Made by a program: the position numbers and the translations under genes. Source: Escherichia phage vB_EcoM_PTE-Eco09. Taken from it: a DNA stretch of 64,000 nucleotides. Positions within the stretch are counted from its first letter, which is position 1. Every line of letters begins with the position of its first letter. The notes under the pieces are model-generated. The model saw only the letters and a program-made list of their open reading frames with translations, was not told where the DNA came from and did no database searches. This document shows positions 28,811 through 36,705 of this stretch, piece after piece. The stretch is taken from the sequence record PQ306574.1, one strand, 5' to 3'.

Positions 28811-29031
28811 AGAAAATGATTGCGATTGCTTTGCTGGCTAGTGCATGTACGGTAAATGCTAATACCGCAGCGATGGTCGCGGCTGTAACTGCTGCAAATG
28901 CGTCTGTTATGGCATCTCAAGAGGCAGCACGCCAGCAAGCACAACAAGAAGCCCAGCGAAAAGCACATGAGGCGACGAAAAATTTTCACGAAAATAACAA
29001 AAAACTAGTTGACGCCAAAGGTCATCGGTAG
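28807..29031 (+). CDS. small secreted/periplasmic protein (signal peptide)
   Basis: MKKMIAIALLASACTVNA signal-like N-terminus, then an Ala/Gln-rich helix. Confidence 0.45.
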   Translation: MKKMIAIALLASACTVNANTAAMVAAVTAANASVMASQEAARQQAQQEAQRKAHEATKNFHENNKKLVDAKGHR

Positions 29032-29037
29032 TATTAT
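29009..29037 (+). promoter_or_regulatory. sigma70-like early promoter
   Basis: TTGACG-17 nt-TATTAT, then ACTCCCATACCGAAACGAA leader. Confidence 0.5.
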
Positions 29038-29071
29038 ACTCCCATACCGAAACGAACTGGAGGAAATAAAA

Positions 29072-29218
29072 ATGGTTAAAGTTAATGTTATCGAAGTTGC
29101 ACTGTACGACGCTGGAATCTTCCTGAATGAAAAAGAAGCTGCTGTGCTCGACGAACTGAAAACTGTTTTTGTTCCTGTAGTAGAAGACGTTGAAGCAATC
29201 AAAAATCGCTTCTCGTAA
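29072..29218 (+). CDS. hypothetical small protein
   Basis: 48-aa ORF with RBS GGAGG. Confidence 0.35.
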   Translation: MVKVNVIEVALYDAGIFLNEKEAAVLDELKTVFVPVVEDVEAIKNRFS

Positions 29219-29321
29219 ACTGTCCCGCGAAGCATTCGATATGATTGACCCGGTTTTCAAAGTTATGCACGAATGCGCGGTGATGATGACCGAAGAAGAA
29301 GCGAAAAATTTCTAAAACTGG

Positions 29322-29356
29322 TTGATGTAAAGAAATGGGAGTATTAACATACTCCC
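29322..29356 (+). promoter_or_regulatory. sigma70-like early promoter with palindrome around the -10
   Basis: TTGATG-17 nt-TAACAT; perfect inverted repeat GGGAGTA-N6-TACTCCC (29337-29356). Confidence 0.5.
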
Positions 29357-29383
29357 ACACAGAAACGAAAGAAGGAGAATCAC

Positions 29384-29596
29384 ATGAAATCTATTGAGCA
29401 AGTAGTGACCGAATTTATGAGCTACGAAGGAAACCGCATCTTTGGACGTTCTCAAGTTCGCGAGATCGTAGAAGAAGTTGCGGGAGAGTTTGCGGAATCT
29501 GGTCACGTTATCACGCAAGAACGTAAAGAAGAAGCTGTAAGCCAGATCATGGCTATGCAGAAAATGCGTATTAATGCACGAGCGGGTAAAAATTAA
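29384..29596 (+). CDS. hypothetical small protein
   Basis: 70-aa ORF with RBS. Confidence 0.45.
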   Translation: MKSIEQVVTEFMSYEGNRIFGRSQVREIVEEVAGEFAESGHVITQERKEEAVSQIMAMQKMRINARAGKN

Positions 29597-29603
29597 AAAG
29601 TAG

Positions 29604-29638
29604 TTGACACCGGATTAAGGGAGTAGTAAGATACTCCC
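29604..29638 (+). promoter_or_regulatory. sigma70-like early promoter with palindrome around the -10
   Basis: TTGACA-17 nt-TAAGAT; GGGAGTA-GTAAGA-TACTCCC (29619-29638). Confidence 0.55.
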
Positions 29639-29666
29639 ATCAAGACAAAACATTGAGGAATATATT

Positions 29667-30425
29667 ATGAAAAACATTATCGCTGCTATCGTTCTTTCCG
29701 CTACTGCTTTCGGTGCTAATGCTGCGTCCTTTGATTGCGCTAAAGCCACTACCAAATCAGAGAAGTTTATTTGTGCTAATGAGTCAATCTCCGCACTGGA
29801 TTCGAAACTTCATGAAGTATATGTTAAGGCTGTTAAGATTGATCCGTCTCTTAAACAAGAGCAACGTAACTGGAATAAAACTGTTCGTGATACAATGATC
29901 AATATCGGGCAGATTCAGCCACTGGAGGCTGTATATAACGCTCAAATCCAAAACTTGATGAATGTATTACCTAAAGAAGAAACCGCGTCAGAAAGCGATT
30001 CAGAGACTTCTGTGAAGGTTGAAGAAGAACAACCGAAACAGGAAGCAAAAGTGGTAGAAGAACCGAAGGTCGAAACTTTTACCTATCAATGCACCGTTCG
30101 TTATGAGTGGAGTATGAAAGATGGAATTTCTACCAAAATTAAAGAAGCGCCACTGTATGCCAAATATGGAAATCAACCAGGAGATCTTAAAGTAACCATT
30201 AAAAATGGGAAGATGGTTGATTTTGTATACATTGATGAATACAACGTACACAAAGCAAACGTACAAGAAACCGTTATGACTAAAGGCGGGTTTTATAAGA
30301 ATGTTGGCAAGAAAGATCTATATGAATACTCCGTTTTCGAACCAAACGACGGAACTATTCGATTTGAAAAACGTCATCCGACATTCGGTGGAGCAATTGA
30401 TGTAGATCAATACGTTTGCAAGTAA
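29667..30425 (+). CDS. secreted protein with DUF1311/LprI-like N-terminal domain
   Basis: Signal peptide MKNIIAAIVLSATAFGANA; then FDCAKATTKSEKFICANESISALDSKLHEVY, matching the DUF1311 pattern as remembered. Confidence 0.5.
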   Translation: MKNIIAAIVLSATAFGANAASFDCAKATTKSEKFICANESISALDSKLHEVYVKAVKIDPSLKQEQRNWNKTVRDTMINIGQIQPLEAVYNAQIQNLMNVLPKEETASESDSETSVKVEEEQPKQEAKVVEEPKVETFTYQCTVRYEWSMKDGISTKIKEAPLYAKYGNQPGDLKVTIKNGKMVDFVYIDEYNVHKANVQETVMTKGGFYKNVGKKDLYEYSVFEPNDGTIRFEKRHPTFGGAIDVDQYVCK

Positions 30426-30436
30426 GAGGTTAAATT

Positions 30437-30724
30437 ATGCAATTCAATAACATGAAGGTCACAAAAGATTGGTGGGATGCAATGCGAGATACTCCAGAAA
30501 CCAAATTGAATGAGACCACAACCACAATACAAGTTGATTACGAAGATCCTAAAGACATATACAGAGAGATTTTAATCAGAGAGCTTATAAAAGCTGGAAA
30601 CTATCAAACACCAGATGGCCTTATTGACATGATGGTTAAAGGTCTGTATAGTGGTAAAAATCCAGATATTTTACCGTGGTACGAGGGATATTTTAAAACA
30701 TATCGTGATCACAACCGAAAATAA
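30437..30724 (+). CDS. hypothetical protein
   Basis: 95-aa ORF. Confidence 0.45.
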   Translation: MQFNNMKVTKDWWDAMRDTPETKLNETTTTIQVDYEDPKDIYREILIRELIKAGNYQTPDGLIDMMVKGLYSGKNPDILPWYEGYFKTYRDHNRK

Positions 30725-30747
30725 GTTGTTGACGTGAGGATTATATT

Positions 30748-30939
30748 ATGGTAATTTTTAATCGTGATGGTATCATAGTTCGACAGCATCCATTCCTTGA
30801 ATACTATCAGGTTGAACAATGGGGATATGGAGATTGCAACCGCTCATACGGTCAAAGCTGGGGATACCGTACAGTTTTTGAATCAACTAATATTGACAAA
30901 GTACGACAGAAAGTTTTAGAACTTATTAACGATAAGTGA
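30748..30939 (+). CDS. hypothetical small protein
   Basis: 63-aa ORF. Confidence 0.4.
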   Translation: MVIFNRDGIIVRQHPFLEYYQVEQWGYGDCNRSYGQSWGYRTVFESTNIDKVRQKVLELINDK

Positions 30940-30949
30940 GGATTATATC

Positions 30950-31318
30950 ATGGAAATTCAAAACAATTACGAAAAATGTGTTATTATCAATGATCTGCAA
31001 CGTCAATTGCACAACTACGAAACCGATTATAAAACAGCAACCAAAACCGGAAAGTTGAAAGTGTGGGAAGTCTGGTATAACCGGAACTATCTAGGAAGCA
31101 TCCACAAACTTGATCGCAGTGATGTTTATACAATGCATGTAGGCGCGTGTGGTGAATCGGATGTAGCATCTAATTTCATGGAAGCACTTGCATTCTATGT
31201 AGAATATCTGGTAGACTATATCGAGTTGGAAGAGGAAGTGGTAGAATTGCTTCCTCCACCGGAAGAAGCGCCGGAAGCAACGATCTTGAAAGCATTAAAG
31301 AAAATCTTTGTTAAGTGA
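30950..31318 (+). CDS. hypothetical protein
   Basis: 122-aa ORF. Confidence 0.45.
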   Translation: MEIQNNYEKCVIINDLQRQLHNYETDYKTATKTGKLKVWEVWYNRNYLGSIHKLDRSDVYTMHVGACGESDVASNFMEALAFYVEYLVDYIELEEEVVELLPPPEEAPEATILKALKKIFVK

Positions 31319-31326
31319 GGTGAACT

Positions 31327-31659
31327 ATGAAAAATGTACTGATTGTGTGGGAACTGATTCCAGAAACTACTGAATTATACATGGTACAGGTTGACAATAA
31401 AGAATTTGAAATTCTGAAACGCGTCAACTGCAAATATATTAACATTGATGACATGACCCCAGAAATGGACTATGTAAACTATGCTCTCATGCAGCCTAGT
31501 TGGATTATGGATGAAACTAAAGCAGACGCCGAATCGCTGGGTGTACCGGAAGAAGTATTAGCGAAATGGCATCAATTCAAAGTTGAAATAAAAGAGGGCG
31601 AACCGTTTATTCCTAGCGGTATGATCGATGCGGTGATCGTAACAGGTTTTCATCTGTAA
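31327..31659 (+). CDS. hypothetical protein
   Basis: 110-aa ORF. Confidence 0.45.
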   Translation: MKNVLIVWELIPETTELYMVQVDNKEFEILKRVNCKYINIDDMTPEMDYVNYALMQPSWIMDETKADAESLGVPEEVLAKWHQFKVEIKEGEPFIPSGMIDAVIVTGFHL

Positions 31660-31671
31660 GGAGATTATACA

Positions 31672-32004
31672 ATGTTTAACTATGACAAATATGAATCATG
31701 GAAAGCGACTGAATTGAAAGAGGCAGCGCGGTTAATCACACCGCGTCTTTATCCGGTGTTGTTTAGCGCCGATAAAGTAACAAGGGAAGTAAACGAGGCG
31801 CTATCGGCTTTAGGCTATCTGATCGATAAAGTCGAGAAAACATCGGTATTCACAAATAGCGTAGAATATACCCGGTATCGAGTGTTTTTAGATTCCTTGC
31901 TCGTTGTTATTAAAGCACTAAATGATCATAACTACACCATGAACATGACGAAAATAATCGACGAAGCAAGAATTATGACAGAGAATATTTTCGGTAAATT
32001 TTGA
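31672..32004 (+). CDS. hypothetical protein (paralog of 32113-32442)
   Basis: 110 aa; shares size and the C-terminal motif EN(I/V)(F/Y)GKF with the next ORF. Confidence 0.45.
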   Translation: MFNYDKYESWKATELKEAARLITPRLYPVLFSADKVTREVNEALSALGYLIDKVEKTSVFTNSVEYTRYRVFLDSLLVVIKALNDHNYTMNMTKIIDEARIMTENIFGKF

Positions 32005-32112
32005 TTATGAAAGATGATGAATCATTGAAAATTGCACTGGTTATGCTATTACAAGGTATAGAATTAGCAAACCACGAAAAAATGTTGAAACAACAGCGTG
32101 AAATTATGAGAG

Positions 32113-32442
32113 GTGATTATGATCGAGTTTGAAATTGACAACTTTCACGAAAAAGCAGAAGACCTAACCAAAATTTTGATTAGTCGAGGTGCATATAATA
32201 CGAAAGATATTATAAAAGAAGTTAATGTAGCGATGGACGCGATCCGAAAGGAATTTAAACATATTTCAGCAATTGGAGAAAATGGTCATCTTGAAGATGT
32301 TGAGCTGGTAGCACTGCGACGCTATTACTTCTTTGTTGATTGCATCATTGATCTAGCTAAAAATTATAGTCATTACATGAAAGATATTGTAAAAGATGCA
32401 CGTAAGCTGGCAGAGAATGTTTACGGGAAGTTTCCAGAATGA
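32113..32442 (+). CDS. hypothetical protein (paralog of 31672-32004)
   Basis: 109 aa; see above. Confidence 0.45.
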   Translation: MIMIEFEIDNFHEKAEDLTKILISRGAYNTKDIIKEVNVAMDAIRKEFKHISAIGENGHLEDVELVALRRYYFFVDCIIDLAKNYSHYMKDIVKDARKLAENVYGKFPE

Positions 32443-32687
32443 AATTAGAACAAGCGATTGTTTATTTTGAGATGGGCTATGATATTGCTCGTGTAGAGTG
32501 GGAAGATGGTGATTTTGTCCGATTGATTGATCTTCCCGAAACAGCTATTGCACTGGTCAAAGTAGAAAACGGCATACAACGCAATTACGCGTTTTCTGAC
32601 GAAGACAAACAAGCCGATGACTGGTACGCTACCTGTTTTCATCATACAGCGTCAAAATGTGATTCAGGGGCTTCTATGCGCCAATAA
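32439..32687 (+). CDS. hypothetical protein
   Basis: 82-aa ORF, the last + strand gene before the convergent holin. Confidence 0.4.
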   Translation: MKLEQAIVYFEMGYDIARVEWEDGDFVRLIDLPETAIALVKVENGIQRNYAFSDEDKQADDWYATCFHHTASKCDSGASMRQ

Positions 32688-32720
32688 AAAAGAAGGGGAG
32701 GCCGAAAGGCTTCCCCTTTA
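32687..32720. terminator. bidirectional terminator between convergent genes
   Basis: AAAAAGAAGGGGAGGCC-GAAA-GGCTTCCCCTTTA hairpin with A-run and T-run on either side. Confidence 0.6.
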
Positions 32721-32722
32721 AG

Positions 32723-33379
32723 TTATCTAATCCTTCCGAGGATTCTGGCAGATTGATTGCAAAGAGTATCTAAATTCTCAATGTCAATATCCGGTTTATT
32801 CTTCCATGCAATGGCGATACTACCAGAATAGACATTATCGAGATTGAATATAGGGCAAGAATACATAAACCCTATATCGATACTCTCTAATTTCTTTTCT
32901 CTTGATGGAATATACTGGAAATCTTTATCGGTAAAATAGGATTTACCTAAAAGATGCCTACGATATTCTTCACTCGTTTTATTGATAGGGAATCCGCCTA
33001 AATTCTTTTCGTCGATTGTATGAGGTAACTTTCCTTCATATGCCACCAAATCAACAAAATAGTTTAGGTTTTTCGGACGAAAACTAAAAACAGCAGAAAA
33101 ATCGGCATCAGCCGACACATGAACTATCTGTAACTGCTCCTGTGCTGCATTATCAAAATTGCGGTCTTTCTCTACCTGGAGAACGTGAGCATAAGTCTCA
33201 TAACGAGTCTCTTTATAAAGCGCAAATAACTCGTTTTTACTATAAACGACAAATGCTAATATGGACAACACGACGGCAGCAAAAACACGAAGTACGAGCA
33301 ACTCCGTGCTTTTAGTTGTGAAAATAGCGCGCAGGACATTTGAGATAGCAAAGTCTTTCCCTTTTTCAGAAACTTGCAT
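32723..33379 (-). CDS. t: holin T (T4 t-type, single N-terminal TM plus periplasmic domain)
   Basis: 218 aa; EQLQIVHVSADADFSAVFSFRPKNLNYFVDLVAYEGKLP...ARILGRIR matches remembered T4 gp t. Confidence 0.9.
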   Translation of the reverse strand: MQVSEKGKDFAISNVLRAIFTTKSTELLVLRVFAAVVLSILAFVVYSKNELFALYKETRYETYAHVLQVEKDRNFDNAAQEQLQIVHVSADADFSAVFSFRPKNLNYFVDLVAYEGKLPHTIDEKNLGGFPINKTSEEYRRHLLGKSYFTDKDFQYIPSREKKLESIDIGFMYSCPIFNLDNVYSGSIAIAWKNKPDIDIENLDTLCNQSARILGRIR

Positions 33380-33412
33380 ATAATGCCCTAAGATAACTAT
33401 GACAGTGTACTC

Positions 33413-33652
33413 TTATTTAGGTAGTTGACTATCACTAGGGTTATCTTGCTCGTTACTATCTTCTGACTGATCTTTATTAAACTCCTTATAAAGTTCTTCC
33501 ACAAAACGATCATCAATTGGCGTATTGGTATAAGCCGCAAGACGACGAGCGCAATAGAAGAAAATTTTAGTGAGCATCTTTTCACTAATTAGCTTTGACA
33601 ATAATTTCATTCCGAAATTAGACAAAGCACCAATGACGATATTATAGACCAT
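33413..33652 (-). CDS. hypothetical small protein between fibre gene 37 and holin
   Basis: 79 aa; amphipathic N-terminus and acidic C-terminus; occupies the slot where T4 has gene 38. Confidence 0.4.
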   Translation of the reverse strand: MVYNIVIGALSNFGMKLLSKLISEKMLTKIFFYCARRLAAYTNTPIDDRFVEELYKEFNKDQSEDSNEQDNPSDSQLPK

Positions 33653-33692
33653 AGCCGTTTCTCCTTAGTAGTTCCCTTCCCTGGGAGTTTCC

Positions 33693-36635
33693 TTAATTCT
33701 TTTTAAGTTCCGCTAGTTCAGCTTTAACGGCTTTCAATTCTTCGCTCATTTCCTGAAACGCCTTAATTAAAAGAGCGTTGACAGCGGAGTTAGAAATTGT
33801 TAAGATCTCTTCTGGATTATCTGGATCGCCGATCTTAGAAGTTGTTACGGCTTCCGGCAATTCTTTTTCAAGATCCTGAGCAATAATACCAACTTCATGA
33901 GCAATGACAGTACGGTCGGTTAAAGATTTAACCTTGTCATAGGTGTATACCGTCAAGCGATTAACTTTATCGGTTGCATTCTCTTTATACTCTTCCTTGT
34001 TGATTTTAAGGCGAGCATCAGAACGAATATACACATCGTTAAAGTTACCATTGCGACCAGCTTGGAAATCACCGGAGGCGTTAAAGTCAAAGTTTGTGGT
34101 ATGAATATGAAGACGTGCCATAGCATTAGTAATAACACCACTAGGAACGTGTACACCCATTGCTGCGATGTGGTCGAAACCCCATTTGGTCGCTTTCCAT
34201 ACGTTATATGCGGAAGTTTGAGCATTAGGACAATCAACCAATAAGCCAGCAGCGCGAGTTTTCCATTCTGACCATGCACCACCTTGTACTTCTCCGCGAA
34301 TCAGGCCATTACCATCACCGGATACAGTGCCAGATTCCAACTGGATCATTTTATCCGCAAATTTCCACGCCTGGGCTTGTTTCTGACCACGGAAGCGAAT
34401 AACACCAGCATCATCGCAGTACATCAAGCCTAACTCTAAACCGTTTGGATCTCTAAACCAGATGTGCTTATTGCCAGTGCGTTTAAACTCAATATCAGCA
34501 CCGTTCAGGGTAATATTACCGCCAGTGTGAATTGCTTTAGGCTTAACAGTACCATTAATGCCAAACTCGATTAATTCAGTACCCGGACCACCCGCACGTT
34601 GAGTATACCAATGCCAGCCGCTTTCATCAGCACATTCAAATACTTGTTTACGAGCATCAGCGCCCCATGCACGAATATTGAAACTAGAAGTAGCTGTACC
34701 CTTACCCCAGCGAATCAGACCAGCAGATTCCAAATCACCGAAGAATTTAGTTTTAATCGCACCAGTTGCTAAAGTACGTTCAGTGGTGAAGTGAGCACCT
34801 TTACTATCTTCAAGCTGTATAACGTTATCACGAGCGTTATTGCTATCGCCCCAATGACTCAAACGGAAATAGTCGCGGGATTGTCCAGCACCAGCATCAA
34901 ATGTTAAATATTGGCCTTTAATGTATGTGTTTCCAGCAAAACGAGCAGCACGACTTGCACGTTCTAAGACTAATGCACCTTCTTTACCATCACCACCCAA
35001 AGTAACATTACCGCTACCCAGATTGTAAGTGAATGGACGATAGCCGTTCCAACCACCAAATTTATCATTTTCGGCAGTAGACAGAAGATATACGTTTTGA
35101 CCATCATTACGCCAGAATGCACCATAGTTACCGTAAATCATACGGAATGCATCACTGTTAGCAGCTACATATTGACCATTGGTGTATACAATTTTTGTTT
35201 TTCCTGTAGTCAAATTTACTTGTCCACTACCTTCCAAATCAAATGAGTTAGCACCAACATCATTACGCCACACAAAACCATCACTAGTACCATCCGCATG
35301 ACCGATATAACCACTACGTTGGTTTTTACCATCACGACGATCCCACCACGCCATATATGCAGCTTGACCAGTCTGTCGATGTAAAGTCATCGCATTACCA
35401 CCACCGTGCAATTCCATTTTACCAGTAATTACATATCCTTTATAATTACCCGGTATTGCACTATTAGAATCAATTCTAATAACTTCTGTAGAATCTGTAG
35501 CACCAGTAGCAAGACGATATACAGCACCCTGAACGGTTTCATGCCAGGTCATTTCATTATAGTTACTACGGAATTTACGAATATATTTTCGTCCAGTACC
35601 CCTATCATTACTCAAGTGAACAATATCATAACTGTTTTGTGTGTTATCGTCAAAACTCAACACACCTCGTTTGTTTTCGGTGTTGAAAAGAGTTACAGCA
35701 CGACCGCCAATAACATTATCACCAGCAGGACGTTCAGCAACAAAATCTGGAACGTCATGAACTACCAGATTAACACCAACACTTTTACCAAATTCAACAA
35801 TAACGTTATCAGTGTAACGCTGATATTTCACATAGATATCATAGTTATCACCAGAAGTATTAACAGCCAAAACATCAAATGATTTGTTTGTATTTCGGCG
35901 ATATGCAATAACGTTAACACCTTTAGGGCGACCATTTCCACTGCGAATAACAATTTCTACAATATCAACTTGATCGTATGCAGTAACGTTATATCCGTTA
36001 CCGCCATGAATACGGAAAAATACGCTAAGACCGTTTTGTGGAATCATTGCAGTTGCTAATTTAAAATAGCCTTCAACGATATCACTAGGAGATGTAGCAA
36101 GTTTAACGTTCTTAACAAACATACGGTCAACTTCTTGTTTGCTATAGACGTTCAATTCTCCTGGAGTTGGTTTATCACCTTCGTGATACATTTTATAGCT
36201 AAATGCTTTTTGACCTTCTCTATTATAGCCATAGGTTTCAACACGAGATCCAGCAGACGCATAACGGAAAGTAAATCCGCGACCGTGCGCTTTACCGGCA
36301 GAATGAGGAACGTTAAGAGTTAGATCCCTGAGTCCATCTTGACCATTGGTACGGAAAGCACCAAAGTAGTTAAGATCTCTCGCTGTCTGGTCTTCCAAAT
36401 AGTTAGCTGTTTTACTTAAGATATAATTATTACCTTTAACCTTACCCGCCATTGTAACATCGCGGTCATACACCGGAGGACAACTTAAATTGATAATATC
36501 ACCGGAATCATTTTTAGTAAGAAGATATTGATCCGCAAGGTTGATTGCCAATTCCCCCGGATTCATCGTACTAGCATCCGGTTTACGACCTTTAGTGCTA
36601 GTGCGTTTAAATTGGATTCTGCTTAAATCTGCCAT
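33693..36635 (-). CDS. 37: long tail fibre distal subunit gp37 with C-terminal intramolecular chaperone domain
   Basis: 980 aa; N-terminus MADLSRIQFKRTSTKGRKPDAS...GELAINLAD matches the T4 gp37 N-terminus; C-terminal SDARLKINKEEY plus coiled coil is typical of autoproteolytic chaperone domains. Confidence 0.8.
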   Translation of the reverse strand: MADLSRIQFKRTSTKGRKPDASTMNPGELAINLADQYLLTKNDSGDIINLSCPPVYDRDVTMAGKVKGNNYILSKTANYLEDQTARDLNYFGAFRTNGQDGLRDLTLNVPHSAGKAHGRGFTFRYASAGSRVETYGYNREGQKAFSYKMYHEGDKPTPGELNVYSKQEVDRMFVKNVKLATSPSDIVEGYFKLATAMIPQNGLSVFFRIHGGNGYNVTAYDQVDIVEIVIRSGNGRPKGVNVIAYRRNTNKSFDVLAVNTSGDNYDIYVKYQRYTDNVIVEFGKSVGVNLVVHDVPDFVAERPAGDNVIGGRAVTLFNTENKRGVLSFDDNTQNSYDIVHLSNDRGTGRKYIRKFRSNYNEMTWHETVQGAVYRLATGATDSTEVIRIDSNSAIPGNYKGYVITGKMELHGGGNAMTLHRQTGQAAYMAWWDRRDGKNQRSGYIGHADGTSDGFVWRNDVGANSFDLEGSGQVNLTTGKTKIVYTNGQYVAANSDAFRMIYGNYGAFWRNDGQNVYLLSTAENDKFGGWNGYRPFTYNLGSGNVTLGGDGKEGALVLERASRAARFAGNTYIKGQYLTFDAGAGQSRDYFRLSHWGDSNNARDNVIQLEDSKGAHFTTERTLATGAIKTKFFGDLESAGLIRWGKGTATSSFNIRAWGADARKQVFECADESGWHWYTQRAGGPGTELIEFGINGTVKPKAIHTGGNITLNGADIEFKRTGNKHIWFRDPNGLELGLMYCDDAGVIRFRGQKQAQAWKFADKMIQLESGTVSGDGNGLIRGEVQGGAWSEWKTRAAGLLVDCPNAQTSAYNVWKATKWGFDHIAAMGVHVPSGVITNAMARLHIHTTNFDFNASGDFQAGRNGNFNDVYIRSDARLKINKEEYKENATDKVNRLTVYTYDKVKSLTDRTVIAHEVGIIAQDLEKELPEAVTTSKIGDPDNPEEILTISNSAVNALLIKAFQEMSEELKAVKAELAELKKN

Positions 36636-36669
36636 TTTATAAAATCCTTAAACGGTTATTAGAATAATA

Positions 36670-36700
36670 TTATTTAGAAAAGCGGGGAGATAATCCCCGC
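36670..36700 (-). terminator. hairpin terminator between genes 36 and 37, with a late-promoter-like element for gene 37 nearby
   Basis: Minus strand GCGGGGATTATCTCCCCGC followed by TTTTCTAAATAAT. Confidence 0.45.
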
Positions 36701-36705
36701 TAAAA

